Notes: generated by a model not told the origin, from the sequence alone. 64,000 bases of DNA from a virus (IMGVR_UViG_3300021387_000463:43001-107000), one strand, 5' to 3'; positions 31,438 through 41,573 are shown, numbered from the stretch's first letter. Translations and numbers: made by a program.

Positions 31438-33570
31438 ATGGCAGTAAGTCAAAATGAATGCTATAGGCTAATCACACTTGGATACTTAAGCGGATTTACT
31501 AATCAAGCTGGTGTCACCGTTAATGTGTCTAGTTTAGAAGCAGCAAAACGAGTAAATACATATTGTCCTACTTATGGTGAGTTGACTAGCGGAACTCTTG
31601 TACCAAATTGGAAACAAGGTACTACTCCTAATGGTGATACTGACGGAATAGTGGTAAGTCAAAAATGGTATGGAGATGCTTCTAAAAACTATATATCTAG
31701 TCAATGTGTTGACCAGAAAGACTTATCAGTTAAGTGGACTAGACTTGAAACATTTACCATTGCAGCAAACCCAACTTCAATTAGTGGTTGTTCTGGGGAA
31801 ACATCAATAATAAGTTATAATCACAAGTATACAAGATATACTAAAGAAATGAATGCTAGTTGTGCTTCTGCAACAAGTAGTGTATCCGTTGCGGACACAG
31901 CAGACAGTGAGGTGAATGTATCTGTAGCCTCAGCCGATGGTAGTATTGGAACTTGGTCTGGTACAACACACACTAAACCGTTTACAAGTAAGGCATATTC
32001 TGGAACTGGTGACAAGACAATAACAATAAGTGGAGATGTCATTTTTAGAGGTGTTCATAATCTAGCCACTGCTAAGATTACACAAAAATCTGGTTGCGGA
32101 CCAGATTGTGGTGAATATAAGTGGCGTGTATCTGGAACACCAGTTAGTAGTTACACCGTTGAGTGTGAAGCAACATCTCAAACTGCATTCACTTGTGATG
32201 GAGGAAATTACAGTGCTAGTGGTAGAGGCAAGGCAGATATTGTTACAACATATGTTTATGAAGATGATTGTGGACATATAAGTGGTAGCCCATCATCAAC
32301 TACAGTAGCAACATATACAGCTTTACCATCTCAAAGCGGCACATTTACAGAACTAGATTGCTGTGGTGGAGACCAAACACGTACAAGTTATTTGACGTTT
32401 GAGTATAATAATGCCCAAGGAATGGTACAATTTAAACAAGAGTGTAAAAAGTGTACCGAAGGGTGTGAAGCAGATTGTACTAGGATTGTAGACGATGGCT
32501 GTTGGTTTGAGGGTGGTAATTTAAGACCAACTGCAATTTATGCGTTTGGCGCAGGAACCTCATCTTGGGGTGAGAGTACGGATACTGCTTATGTTGATGA
32601 CCTTACGTATAACGGAGTGCAACTAACAGCATACACTCAAAACAATCCTCTTGAATTGACAAGTTGGCTAAAGGTTTATCGTGACAGCACTGCTATTGGA
32701 CAAAATGATGATTTGAAATATTTCTATGAGCCATATATAGAAGATGAAAATCCAAGCGCTGATGAATATCACAAATATAGAGAAGCTATTTTCTTCTATG
32801 AAACTAAAGATGAAAAATTAAAATATGGTAGTCATGCTGGCGAGCCAGCATGTTCATCAACTATGGTAATAATTAGGCAAGTACTATGTGGCTATGACGT
32901 TTGCAGAACTGGTAGCCACTATGAGTATACAACAATTAAAAAAGGACATAGTTGCTGTGATTCACCTTATGGGGTAAATTGTAAAAGTGGATGCACTGAC
33001 TGTAAATCTGGGTCACAAGATTGTTTGACGGCTTACACATTTACCGTAAAGACAGTTCCAACAGCAATTGTAACAATGGGTGGAAAAACTTATTATGCAA
33101 ATGCGCATGGTTTAGCTATACATACATCAGATTCTAGCGCATCTGTTATTGCAACGATTAGTAAAAATGGATGTACATTTGATGGGTCAACAACTAAGAC
33201 TGTAACCGTTGCCGCAAACACCACTGTAGAAGTTCCAGGCGTATGTGAATCTTGCTTGCTTTGCACAGATGCAAACATTAGGGATATTACAACAATGTCA
33301 CCATTGTCATCAACTAGTGGAGGTGGAGTAGTACTTACTTTCGTAACTAATTGTGGAGATACTAGCAAATATCAAATTAGACATATAAGTGGTGCTGTAA
33401 TATTAAAGAGCATTAGTATGTCTTATTATGCAGCACAGCACAGAATGATTGTTTCAGCATCATATGATGCTAATACATTTAGTACATCAAGAGCTGAGAA
33501 TCTTGGTATTACATTTAATGGCACTATATGTAAGACATCAAATATTGTACAAAAAGCTAAGAATTCTTAA
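31438..33570 (+). CDS. Cys/Thr/Ser-rich putative tail-associated adhesin
   Basis: Directly follows the fibre gene; many Cys pairs; C-terminal YDANTFSTSRAENLGITF is BACON-like. Confidence 0.55.
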   Translation: MAVSQNECYRLITLGYLSGFTNQAGVTVNVSSLEAAKRVNTYCPTYGELTSGTLVPNWKQGTTPNGDTDGIVVSQKWYGDASKNYISSQCVDQKDLSVKWTRLETFTIAANPTSISGCSGETSIISYNHKYTRYTKEMNASCASATSSVSVADTADSEVNVSVASADGSIGTWSGTTHTKPFTSKAYSGTGDKTITISGDVIFRGVHNLATAKITQKSGCGPDCGEYKWRVSGTPVSSYTVECEATSQTAFTCDGGNYSASGRGKADIVTTYVYEDDCGHISGSPSSTTVATYTALPSQSGTFTELDCCGGDQTRTSYLTFEYNNAQGMVQFKQECKKCTEGCEADCTRIVDDGCWFEGGNLRPTAIYAFGAGTSSWGESTDTAYVDDLTYNGVQLTAYTQNNPLELTSWLKVYRDSTAIGQNDDLKYFYEPYIEDENPSADEYHKYREAIFFYETKDEKLKYGSHAGEPACSSTMVIIRQVLCGYDVCRTGSHYEYTTIKKGHSCCDSPYGVNCKSGCTDCKSGSQDCLTAYTFTVKTVPTAIVTMGGKTYYANAHGLAIHTSDSSASVIATISKNGCTFDGSTTKTVTVAANTTVEVPGVCESCLLCTDANIRDITTMSPLSSTSGGGVVLTFVTNCGDTSKYQIRHISGAVILKSISMSYYAAQHRMIVSASYDANTFSTSRAENLGITFNGTICKTSNIVQKAKNS

Positions 33571-33582
33571 TCTAAATAAAGA

Positions 33583-33658
33583 AAGAGTAATCAGAGATGA
33601 TTGCTCTTTTTTTTTTTATTAAAATATTTGTTTTTTTAATTTTTTTTATATATCTTTG
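33583..33658 (+). promoter_or_regulatory. Terminator of the structural block followed by a Bacteroidota promoter
   Basis: AAGAGTAATC-AGAGAT-GATTGCTCTT plus a T-run, then TTTG (33627)-N20-TATCTTTG (33651). Confidence 0.8.
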
Positions 33659-33715
33659 CATATATTATTGAATATTAATATTTTTAAAATAATTAAAAAC
33701 TAATAATATATTATA

Positions 33716-34564
33716 ATGGCAAAGACCATAAAAGTAGATGGAGAACCAAAGGAAGTAACCAAGATTAGGAGCAAAATATTGAAGGAGTTCAATGACCTTG
33801 TATTCATAGAGGAAGGTCACAAGTACTTTCTTAATGGTGAACAGTTACCTTCAGTATCAGAGGTTACACACAATTTCTGTGCCGCACCGTTTGATTCTGA
33901 AACTAAAGCAGAAAGGTATGCTGAGAAGCATGGTGAAACTGCGCAATATTGGCTAGACCAATGGAAGTTCACCAATCTTAAGGCTACCACAAGTGGTACA
34001 TTGACGCATGAATATGGTGAAGGGTTAGGATGGTTGAGAAATGGGCATCCTGAGTTCTTGCCAGAGTCATGCAAACCAAAGTATGTAAAGGAGAAGGATT
34101 GGCTCATTCCAACACGTCCAAAGGAGGAATCAGTACTTAGGTTCTATGATGAACTAAATCAAAATCTCCATTTTGTGTTGGCTGAGACAAAGGTATACAC
34201 TGGAAAGAACACCAATATTACCAACTTGAAGCAGAATTATTGTGGAACATTCGATATTCTGTTCTATTATGAAGACCCAAACAACAAAGAAAATAGTGGG
34301 TTATGCATATTTGACTTTAAAACCAATAAGGAGCTTAAAAAGGATTTCAGTAGGGAAAATGGGAGATTCTTATTGCCACCATTCGGTGATTTATATGAAG
34401 AACCGCTTTCGTACTACACACTCCAATTAAGTTGTTATCAATTACCACTTGAGGACATTGGTTTGAAGGTCATTGCAAGGAGGATTGTTTGGCTGAAGGA
34501 TGATGGTTCTTATGAGCTGATACCATTACCAAGTGTAACAGATAGGTTGAGAGAAGTTTTATAA
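33716..34564 (+). CDS. PD-(D/E)XK exonuclease (lambda-exo/Cas4-like fold)
   Basis: LPSVS...GTLTHEY...AETKVY...CGTFDILF...IFDFKTN...YTLQLSCY. Confidence 0.8.
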   Translation: MAKTIKVDGEPKEVTKIRSKILKEFNDLVFIEEGHKYFLNGEQLPSVSEVTHNFCAAPFDSETKAERYAEKHGETAQYWLDQWKFTNLKATTSGTLTHEYGEGLGWLRNGHPEFLPESCKPKYVKEKDWLIPTRPKEESVLRFYDELNQNLHFVLAETKVYTGKNTNITNLKQNYCGTFDILFYYEDPNNKENSGLCIFDFKTNKELKKDFSRENGRFLLPPFGDLYEEPLSYYTLQLSCYQLPLEDIGLKVIARRIVWLKDDGSYELIPLPSVTDRLREVL

Positions 34565-34579
34565 AGCAATAAAGTTAAT

Positions 34580-35443
34580 ATGGATTACGAATTTAATCTA
34601 GAGAGAATCAAGAGAGCAAGATTTACATTGGATGCTTATTTCAGAGAAGTACCAAAGGGTAAACAACCAAGAGATTTATGGAAGGATGTTATTTCAACTG
34701 TTGAACACAGTGGCAGTAGGAATAAGATGTATAGCAAGAATCTTGGTATCGTTGACCTCAGTGGCACTGTTGAGAAAGCATATAAGGCAATCATTAAGTA
34801 TGCAAAGGATAATGAGAACAAGCCACCAAGAGAGAGATTCATGACACTTGAGGATGTAGCATATTGGGCAGATTGGATGAAAAACGAATTTGAACAATAT
34901 TCAAGTCAGAAGTTTTCTTTGCTTACCTATTTTGACTATATAATGGGGTATTACATAGTAACCTCCTTCAGAGGCTTTGCAGCAGAGTATGAGTTCTGTA
35001 ATTGGCTTAACAAGAAAATGACAGATTCAACATGTTACAATGATGATAACATAACAGAGGAAATGTGTGAAAGGCTTGGCTGCAAAAACCATGACGAATT
35101 GGATAGGAAACTGATGATTGACCTATTGGTTGATGATGATATTGCAATCCAAGTGAAGAACAAGAGTTTCTTGCTAGGTGGTGGATATAAGACGTTTGAG
35201 GATGACTATAACAACCTCAAGAAAGCTGCAAAGGAACTTAGGGAAAAGTATCATATAGATTATAATTTCGCGTTCTATGACCCAGATGGTGGATGGGTGA
35301 GAAAGAGAAAAGATGGCCTTTTCATATTCTCTAGCACAGAGATTTTCAACTTGTTTGATAATTATAGTGCTGAAGAGAGGAAGAGAATGGTTAGAAAGAT
35401 GTTTGAAAAAGGAAATTTATTTGTAAGTGATTTAACAGTATGA
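34580..35443 (+). CDS. Type II restriction-endonuclease-like PD-(D/E)XK protein
   Basis: SFRGFAAEYEF...DELDRKLMIDLLVDDDIAIQVK matches the E...D-(X)n-Q-x-K arrangement of REase-fold enzymes; no adjacent methylase. Confidence 0.55.
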   Translation: MDYEFNLERIKRARFTLDAYFREVPKGKQPRDLWKDVISTVEHSGSRNKMYSKNLGIVDLSGTVEKAYKAIIKYAKDNENKPPRERFMTLEDVAYWADWMKNEFEQYSSQKFSLLTYFDYIMGYYIVTSFRGFAAEYEFCNWLNKKMTDSTCYNDDNITEEMCERLGCKNHDELDRKLMIDLLVDDDIAIQVKNKSFLLGGGYKTFEDDYNNLKKAAKELREKYHIDYNFAFYDPDGGWVRKRKDGLFIFSSTEIFNLFDNYSAEERKRMVRKMFEKGNLFVSDLTV

Positions 35444-35592
35444 CAACAAGGAAGACAATATTTTTGAGCAGTTTGATAGGTGCAATGTTTGTGACATTGG
35501 CATCATCAACATATTTCTATGTAGCATTTAGGAAACTTTGCAAGAAAATAAAGACGAGTTTTGAAAAATGGGATGATATAAAAAGTTTTTAA
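35440..35592 (+). CDS. Small membrane protein (50 aa, not in the ORF track)
   Basis: MTTRKTIFLSSLIGAMFVTLASSTYFYVAFRKLCKK...; ATGA overlap with the upstream stop. Confidence 0.55.
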   Translation: MTTRKTIFLSSLIGAMFVTLASSTYFYVAFRKLCKKIKTSFEKWDDIKSF

Positions 35593-35595
35593 ATT

Positions 35596-35940
35596 ATGGA
35601 TATAGTCAAAAAATATGACATAAAAGAGATTACCACACGCCTAAACAATTTGAAGAAGAAGTTTGGAAGTTACGAGGTAAACCGAGAAATTGATTGGCAA
35701 AGCAGATATTCATATAATTGGTGTGATATTTTGAATCTTGCGTATAGGTCGTTGAAAAACAAGCACACCAAAATACGTAGGGATAGGTATGGTTTTGTAA
35801 GACCTATTTCATATGAGGCAAAATATAGAAGTAAAACATTGTATGGGGGGATGATGACCAATAGTTATGATTGTGGTGGGTTCTTTCCATTTTTTAATTC
35901 AAGTACTACAATAACAACAAGTAATAATTATGTATGGTAA
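35596..35940 (+). CDS. Hypothetical protein
   Basis: ORF in a tightly packed operon; AAATTATG start context. Confidence 0.55.
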   Translation: MDIVKKYDIKEITTRLNNLKKKFGSYEVNREIDWQSRYSYNWCDILNLAYRSLKNKHTKIRRDRYGFVRPISYEAKYRSKTLYGGMMTNSYDCGGFFPFFNSSTTITTSNNYVW

Positions 35941-36211
35941 TATTTTAGGTATATTGGCTAAGTTGACCAATGTAAGAGTGGAGAATAAGATACTCATGAG
36001 ACCAGAGGGTGTAGTGAATTGGGGTTACAGTGATACTAGTGATATAGTGAATGAACTTTATGTAACTAACGTTACTAAAGACCATAATGGTTCTTTTGGT
36101 TTTTGGGTGCATGGTGATACATACGAAGAGGCTGCAAAGAAAGCCATTGGTAGGCTTTTGGCTAGTCTTAAGTGGTCGTATAAAGTAAGGATAGAGAAAT
36201 GGTTAGGATAA
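35930..36211 (+). CDS. Hypothetical protein
   Basis: Overlaps both neighbours on the same strand. Confidence 0.55.
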   Translation: MYGNILGILAKLTNVRVENKILMRPEGVVNWGYSDTSDIVNELYVTNVTKDHNGSFGFWVHGDTYEEAAKKAIGRLLASLKWSYKVRIEKWLG

Positions 36212-36771
36212 CAGTTCTTTCTCATTATCGCTTTGATGAGAAAATGAAGGAATTGGGATTGAATGACAAGAATGTGGAGGACACAAACAAGGCATTTATC
36301 TCAATCATAGGAACTCCAGAATGCCTCACATATTATTTGGATGAGGGGAAGACAAAACACTTCTTCAAAGACCATCCGAATGTATTGAATCTAGATTTTG
36401 ATGATATTGAGGATGATGTATTGTATAATGGACACCATTTCAAGACCATGAGAATGGAGCAAGCTGAAAAAGCAATTCAGTTTATAGAGGGCAATATCAA
36501 TAAGGGAGTTGAGAGCTTTGATATACATTGCAGAGCTGGTATGTCTCGTAGTCGTGCCTTTGGTGAGTTTATCTATAGATACTGCAAAGAGCATGATATA
36601 GACGTGGAATATGAAGATAGGGATGATTATACCACCATGTTGAACGCTGGTGTCTTAAGAAGACTTAATCATGCCTATTGGAAAAAAAATAAACTTAGAT
36701 TCTATGAGGATGGCAAGACAGAGTACCCACGTGACCTTGTAGAACCTAATATGAGAGAAATAAATAGGTAA
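36199..36771 (+). CDS. Protein tyrosine/dual-specificity phosphatase-like protein
   Basis: P-loop HCRAGMSRS (CX5R); FISIIGT and LNLDFDD upstream. Confidence 0.8.
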   Translation: MVRITVLSHYRFDEKMKELGLNDKNVEDTNKAFISIIGTPECLTYYLDEGKTKHFFKDHPNVLNLDFDDIEDDVLYNGHHFKTMRMEQAEKAIQFIEGNINKGVESFDIHCRAGMSRSRAFGEFIYRYCKEHDIDVEYEDRDDYTTMLNAGVLRRLNHAYWKKNKLRFYEDGKTEYPRDLVEPNMREINR

Positions 36772-36927
36772 ATGAAACTTGAAAATAGAAAGGTTTGTTT
36801 TGATTGCGCATATTTTAGTGATTGTACAAGAGTATCAATGGCTGCTGATAATGATGGCTATGTAGATATAAATGATTTAAGGTCATTGGCGTATGATTGC
36901 AGTCATTACTATAATCCAAAAGGATAA
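36772..36927 (+). CDS. Small Cys-containing protein (51 aa, not in the ORF track)
   Basis: MKLENRKVCFDCAYFSDC...YDCSHYYNPKG; starts immediately after the upstream TAA. Confidence 0.55.
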   Translation: MKLENRKVCFDCAYFSDCTRVSMAADNDGYVDINDLRSLAYDCSHYYNPKG

Positions 36928-36932
36928 ATATT

Positions 36933-37424
36933 ATGGATAATAAGTATAATGGAGTAGTGGATGAAATTCTATACTACAGCGAGAGAACAAAAGATGGTAG
37001 GTGGATAATTCCAATTGAGGTTGATTGGGATTATACACTTACCAAGTGTTCATGTTGGGAGGACGGAACTATGGATATAAACTATGAAGCGTTTGAAGTT
37101 ATGAAGCGTTGGACTAAGGATTATAACGTTGGTTGGATTCTAAATTCAATGAGGCATGATGAAATTTTAAAAGAACCTTTAAAAATACTTGAAAATGAAG
37201 GTGTAAAACTTTATAGTTTAAGAAAGAACCCATGTCAAGATAAAGATGGCAATGAAGTAAACAAGTGTTTTGCTGTTTTTACGATAGACGATAGATGTGT
37301 GGGAATTCCAGTCAAATGGTTTGAGGGGTGTAATAGACCTCATGTCGATTGGACTGAAGTTGATAAAATAATGACACCTATATTAGAACATATAAGTGTC
37401 ACCTTAGACAAAGTTAAATTATGA
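36933..37424 (+). CDS. HAD-superfamily phosphatase-like protein
   Basis: Motif I VDWDYTL (DxDxT); WILNSMR; C-terminal IDDR. Confidence 0.7.
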   Translation: MDNKYNGVVDEILYYSERTKDGRWIIPIEVDWDYTLTKCSCWEDGTMDINYEAFEVMKRWTKDYNVGWILNSMRHDEILKEPLKILENEGVKLYSLRKNPCQDKDGNEVNKCFAVFTIDDRCVGIPVKWFEGCNRPHVDWTEVDKIMTPILEHISVTLDKVKL

Positions 37425-37621
37425 ACGAGAAGTACATTTTAATCAAGCCTTTTTCAGCAGGTGAAGGAACACTCCCAGAGGGTAGTGAAATCATTTATTT
37501 CAGAGGACAGTTTTGGGTAAATGGTGGTCCAGCACCAACGTATTACAATGCGATGCTTAAAAAGTTGATTACAAATCCAGAGTATGTTAGAAAAGCTAGA
37601 ATACCTAAGAATCAATTTTAA
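37421..37621 (+). CDS. Hypothetical protein
   Basis: 66 aa ORF overlapping the upstream gene by 4 nt. Confidence 0.55.
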   Translation: MNEKYILIKPFSAGEGTLPEGSEIIYFRGQFWVNGGPAPTYYNAMLKKLITNPEYVRKARIPKNQF

Positions 37622-37623
37622 TC

Positions 37624-37902
37624 ATGGCACATTTGGATAATGATGAAATGTTTCTGAACAACCTAGTTGAGAAATATGGATTTGAAAGAGACGAGAACAA
37701 TAAAGTTAAGCTAGATTTTGATGTCCTTACAATTAGGGAACTCATATCAGTATATAATAGGTATTGTGGCACAGAAGAACTTATAGACTGTGGGAATGGT
37801 GAAATAGAGATTAACAATGACGAGCAGAATTTCCACCATAATATAAGATATGAAGTGTTTAGACAATACTTTAAGGATGAATTTAAATGGGAAGATGGAT
37901 AA
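37624..37902 (+). CDS. Hypothetical protein
   Basis: 92 aa ORF, tightly packed. Confidence 0.55.
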   Translation: MAHLDNDEMFLNNLVEKYGFERDENNKVKLDFDVLTIRELISVYNRYCGTEELIDCGNGEIEINNDEQNFHHNIRYEVFRQYFKDEFKWEDG

Positions 37903-38209
37903 GAGCAGATTTTTAAAGGACAGTGACCACACTGGACGTTTCATTGTTAAATCCAAGGTAACTGGAAAGCGATATTTCGTTGAGGTAATTGGCAACGCTC
38001 ATCCAAGCGATTGGGGTGATTTAGACCCAAGCACAAAGAAGATGAGTGGCTCATATGGTGAGAGATATGAGGGTTGTGTTGCTGAGAAGGAATCGCTAAT
38101 TACAGATGAAAACGGATTTGAGAAGATAACTACCCTACCTCAAGGTGTATCTCCATTTGATGAGATTGAGAGAAGGGATAGGGAGTATGAAGCAGCAATG
38201 AAAAAATAA
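37895..38209 (+). CDS. Conserved-looking phage hypothetical protein
   Basis: Start reassigned to the ATG overlapping the upstream stop; TGRFIVKS...WGDLDP...GSYG. Confidence 0.55.
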   Translation: MDKSRFLKDSDHTGRFIVKSKVTGKRYFVEVIGNAHPSDWGDLDPSTKKMSGSYGERYEGCVAEKESLITDENGFEKITTLPQGVSPFDEIERRDREYEAAMKK

Positions 38210-38231
38210 TGAGATTAAAAACTATATAGTT

Positions 38232-38645
38232 ATGGCAAACAAAGTAAAATATTTTTCCGTTTATGGAATTGCAAAGACAGGACGAAAGAAGCATGTCGTT
38301 ACTGTCGTAGGAAAGTTCGAGCAGTCACGAGAGAATACTGAGGTGACTGAGATTGTTGATGTTGAGACAAAGCCAACCAACTTTGTCAAGGGAGAACTTA
38401 AGTATAATGTTAAGCAAATGAAGAGAAAGCTGACACTAGGTATGTCAATTTGTCACCCTTCTGACAAATTTGACGAGGAAGTTGGCATAAAGATTGCAAA
38501 GGCTAGAATTGAGAAAGGATATGACCTTGGTTCACTTGAAACAAGTAATGTCACAATGTTAACAGAAGATGCAATTATGTGTGAATTAATAACAAAACTA
38601 AATTTTATTATTGAACACATTGAGGACTACATTTCTGAAGATTAA
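38232..38645 (+). CDS. Hypothetical protein, possibly phage gp49/66-like
   Basis: GMSICHPSDKFDEEVGIKIAKARI motif. Confidence 0.45.
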   Translation: MANKVKYFSVYGIAKTGRKKHVVTVVGKFEQSRENTEVTEIVDVETKPTNFVKGELKYNVKQMKRKLTLGMSICHPSDKFDEEVGIKIAKARIEKGYDLGSLETSNVTMLTEDAIMCELITKLNFIIEHIEDYISED

Positions 38646-38668
38646 TCTTGAAATATTAAAAAAAACTT

Positions 38669-38717
38669 AAAAATTGGGGTAACATTTTGGTTATCTCAAT
38701 TTTTTTTTGTATCTTTG
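38669..38717 (+). promoter_or_regulatory. Terminator-promoter cassette (promoter -33 box in the hairpin loop)
   Basis: AAAATTGGGGTAAC-ATTTTG-GTTATCTCAATTTT plus a T-run; TTTG (38686)-N20-TATCTTTG (38710). Confidence 0.75.
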
Positions 38718-38737
38718 CACAAGATTAAAAGTATATT

Positions 38738-38869
38738 ATGAAAGAAATAATAGAATCATTACCTTGTAACGAGGGCATCAAGATTCTTATCGCAGTAATT
38801 TTACTGTTAATAATGGGGTCTTGTATCATTTTTAGGAAACACATTATTAATTTTTTAAAAAGAAGGTAG
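38738..38869 (+). CDS. Small single-pass membrane protein (43 aa, not in the ORF track)
   Basis: MKEIIESLPCNEGIKILIAVILLLIMGSCIIFRKHIINFLKRR; first gene after a promoter. Confidence 0.55.
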   Translation: MKEIIESLPCNEGIKILIAVILLLIMGSCIIFRKHIINFLKRR

Positions 38870-38871
38870 TT

Positions 38872-39150
38872 ATGGCACATATTTTGCAAGGTAATGTGAG
38901 GGAAATATATGTATCTGATAGCAGCATCAAAGGTTCTAAAAATGTGTTATTCGTATACGAAAGCGGTGATTTGGAATTGAAGTGGTGCTGCGAGAATGTA
39001 GTTGAAAGACAGCTATGTCCTTTATTGGTGAAAAGTGGTAAAAAAATTAGATTAGAATATGGTGAGCCAAATCTATTTCAAATAAGACAAGTTATACCTT
39101 TCCAAGACGAAAATGGTAAACTTGAACCTTGTTGGGAGAAAATAATGTAG
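38872..39150 (+). CDS. Hypothetical protein, tandem paralogue A
   Basis: Shares IKGSK, LELKWC, RLxYG, IPF and WEKIM with the next ORF. Confidence 0.65.
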   Translation: MAHILQGNVREIYVSDSSIKGSKNVLFVYESGDLELKWCCENVVERQLCPLLVKSGKKIRLEYGEPNLFQIRQVIPFQDENGKLEPCWEKIM

Positions 39151-39151
39151 T

Positions 39152-39412
39152 ATGGATGCAAAGGAGATATATTCTTGTGATGGTATAATCAAAGGTTCGA
39201 AATATCTTCTATATATAATGGAAGATGAAACTTTGGAACTAAAATGGTGTTATGAAAACCATACTATTGATGAACTAAATCCACAAATTGAAGATTGTGG
39301 GTATGGTACTAGACTTTATTACGGAAAAGATAATAATTCAGAACCACGCTCTTCAATACCATTTAAGAATGTAAAAGGAATACTATCTAAAGATTGGGAA
39401 AAAATAATGTAA
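39152..39412 (+). CDS. Hypothetical protein, tandem paralogue B
   Basis: Same motifs as 38872..39150. Confidence 0.65.
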   Translation: MDAKEIYSCDGIIKGSKYLLYIMEDETLELKWCYENHTIDELNPQIEDCGYGTRLYYGKDNNSEPRSSIPFKNVKGILSKDWEKIM

Positions 39413-39422
39413 ATTAAAAAAA

Positions 39423-39566
39423 ATGAAGGGAGAATTAGAGGAAATAGTGGGTAATGCGTTGAGACAAGCTGCATTTATTGGCTATGATAAAGACGATGAA
39501 ATGAATCAATTGATGTTTAACAAGTTAGTAGAGCATACTATTAAGAAAATTAAGAAAATAATATAG
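39423..39566 (+). CDS. Small hypothetical protein (47 aa, not in the ORF track)
   Basis: MKGELEEIVGNALRQAAFIGYDKDDEMNQLMFNKLVEHTIKKIKKII fills the gap before dnaK. Confidence 0.45.
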   Translation: MKGELEEIVGNALRQAAFIGYDKDDEMNQLMFNKLVEHTIKKIKKII

Positions 39567-39582
39567 TAAATAATAATAAACA

Positions 39583-41484
39583 ATGGGAAAAATTATTGGA
39601 ATTGACCTTGGTACGTCAACATCTTGCGTATCAGTTTTTGAAGGTGGTCAGCCTACTGTTATTGTAAATAGTGAGGGTAATCGTACAACTCCGTCAGTTG
39701 TAGGATTTAAGGATGGTGAGCGTAAGGTTGGTGATGCTGCACGTAGACAAGCTATTACTAACCCTAAGAATACTGTGTACGCTATTAAGCGTTTTATGGG
39801 TATGCCTTTTGTTAATGTCGCAGATGAAGCAAAGCGTGTAACTTATGATGTTGTTAATGAGGGTGGTTTCCCACGTGTAAGCATTGATAACCGCAAGTAT
39901 ACGCCTCAAGAAATTTCGGCAAGCATTTTGCAGAAGATGAAGAAGACTGCCGAGGATTATCTTGGTACTGAGGTAACTGATGCTGTTATTACGGTTCCAG
40001 CGTACTTTAACGATGACCAACGTAAGGCTACTAGTGAAGCTGGCCAGATTGCTGGTCTTAACGTTAAGCGTATTATCAATGAGCCTACTGCTGCTGCACT
40101 TGCCTATGGTATCGATAAGTCTGATAAGGACATGAATATCGTTGTGTATGATATTGGTGGTGGTACATCAGATGTATCAATCCTTAATTTCGGTGGTGGT
40201 GTATTCGAGGTTATTTCAACCAATGGTGATTCGCACCTTGGTGGTGAGGACTTTGACCAAGCAATCGTGAATTGGGTGGTTGAAGAGTTCAAGAAGCAAG
40301 AGGGAGCTGACGTAAGCACTGACTCTATGGCTATGCAGCGTATTAAGGAAGCTGCTGAAAAGGCTAAAATTGAACTTTCTACAGCAATGTCAACCGAGAT
40401 TAACTTACCATACTTGGCTCCAGTAAATGGTACTCCAAAGCACTTTGTTACATCATTGTCACGTGCTAAGTTTGAGCAGTTGATTGAGCCTTTGTATAAG
40501 AAGCTTGTTGACCTCTGTAACGAGGCATTGAAACTCTCAAAGCTTGAGATTAAGGATATTGATGAGGTTATCCTAGTTGGTGGTTCTACACGTATTCCAA
40601 AGGTTGTAGAGGCTGCAAAGAGTGTGTTCCAGAAAGACCCATCAAAGGCTGTTAACCCTGATGAGGCAGTATCTCTTGGTGCATGTATCCAAGGTGCTGT
40701 GCTTGGCGGTGAGGAAGGTGTTGGAGAAATCGTATTGCTTGATGTAACACCTCTTAACCTTGGTATTGAGACCCTTGGTGGTGTGATGACCACACTTATT
40801 GAGGCTAACTCTACCATTCCTTGCGACAAGGAGCAAGTGTTCTCAACCGCAGCAGACAATCAGACTGAGGTAACTATTAACCTTTTGCAAGGTAATCGTC
40901 CAATGGCTTCACAGAACAAGTCAATTGGTAAGTTCAATTTGACTGGCATTCTTCCAGCAAAACGTGGTATTCCTCAGATTGCAGTTAAGATTAGCATCAA
41001 TGCTAATGGTATTGTTGAGGTTAGTGCAACCGATAAGGGTACTGGCAAGGCACAGTCAATCCGTGTAGAGGGTTCTAGCAGCTTGTCTAAGGAAGAGATT
41101 GAACGTATGAAAGCAGAAGCAGAGGCTAACGCTGAGTCTGATAAGAAGGAGCGTGAGACTGCCGAGGCTGTCAATAAGGGTGATACCGTAATCTTCACCC
41201 AAGAGAAGATGCTTGAAGAGCAGAAGAACAATATCACTGAGGATGAGAAGAGTAAGATTGAGGGTCTTATCGCTCAGATGAAGTCTGCTGTTAGCGCAAA
41301 GGATGTAAACAAGATTAACGAGACTGAGACTGCTATCAATGAGGTATGGCAAACTGTTTCGCAGCGTGTTTACGGTCAGAATCAGCAGCAGAATGATACT
41401 GCACAGCAGCCAAATGATTTTGACTCTGCTACAGCTTCTACAGAGGATGTACAAGACGCAGACTTTGAAGAAATTAACAACTAA
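39583..41484 (+). CDS. dnaK: Hsp70 chaperone DnaK
   Basis: [64 protein letters not shown] tail. Confidence 0.97.
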   Translation: MGKIIGIDLGTSTSCVSVFEGGQPTVIVNSEGNRTTPSVVGFKDGERKVGDAARRQAITNPKNTVYAIKRFMGMPFVNVADEAKRVTYDVVNEGGFPRVSIDNRKYTPQEISASILQKMKKTAEDYLGTEVTDAVITVPAYFNDDQRKATSEAGQIAGLNVKRIINEPTAAALAYGIDKSDKDMNIVVYDIGGGTSDVSILNFGGGVFEVISTNGDSHLGGEDFDQAIVNWVVEEFKKQEGADVSTDSMAMQRIKEAAEKAKIELSTAMSTEINLPYLAPVNGTPKHFVTSLSRAKFEQLIEPLYKKLVDLCNEALKLSKLEIKDIDEVILVGGSTRIPKVVEAAKSVFQKDPSKAVNPDEAVSLGACIQGAVLGGEEGVGEIVLLDVTPLNLGIETLGGVMTTLIEANSTIPCDKEQVFSTAADNQTEVTINLLQGNRPMASQNKSIGKFNLTGILPAKRGIPQIAVKISINANGIVEVSATDKGTGKAQSIRVEGSSSLSKEEIERMKAEAEANAESDKKERETAEAVNKGDTVIFTQEKMLEEQKNNITEDEKSKIEGLIAQMKSAVSAKDVNKINETETAINEVWQTVSQRVYGQNQQQNDTAQQPNDFDSATASTEDVQDADFEEINN

Positions 41485-41573
41485 ACATTAAAAAATTTAC
41501 TACAGTTCTTTAAAAAAAGATTTATATGGTTATATTTATTATATATGAATAATGTATAGTAAATATAAACCAT

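Noticed and set aside
27906-33570. Diversity-generating retroelement targeting the tail fibre
   Set aside because: There is no reverse transcriptase in the window and no TR/VR pair differing only at adenines. The repeats seen are ordinary coding repeats.
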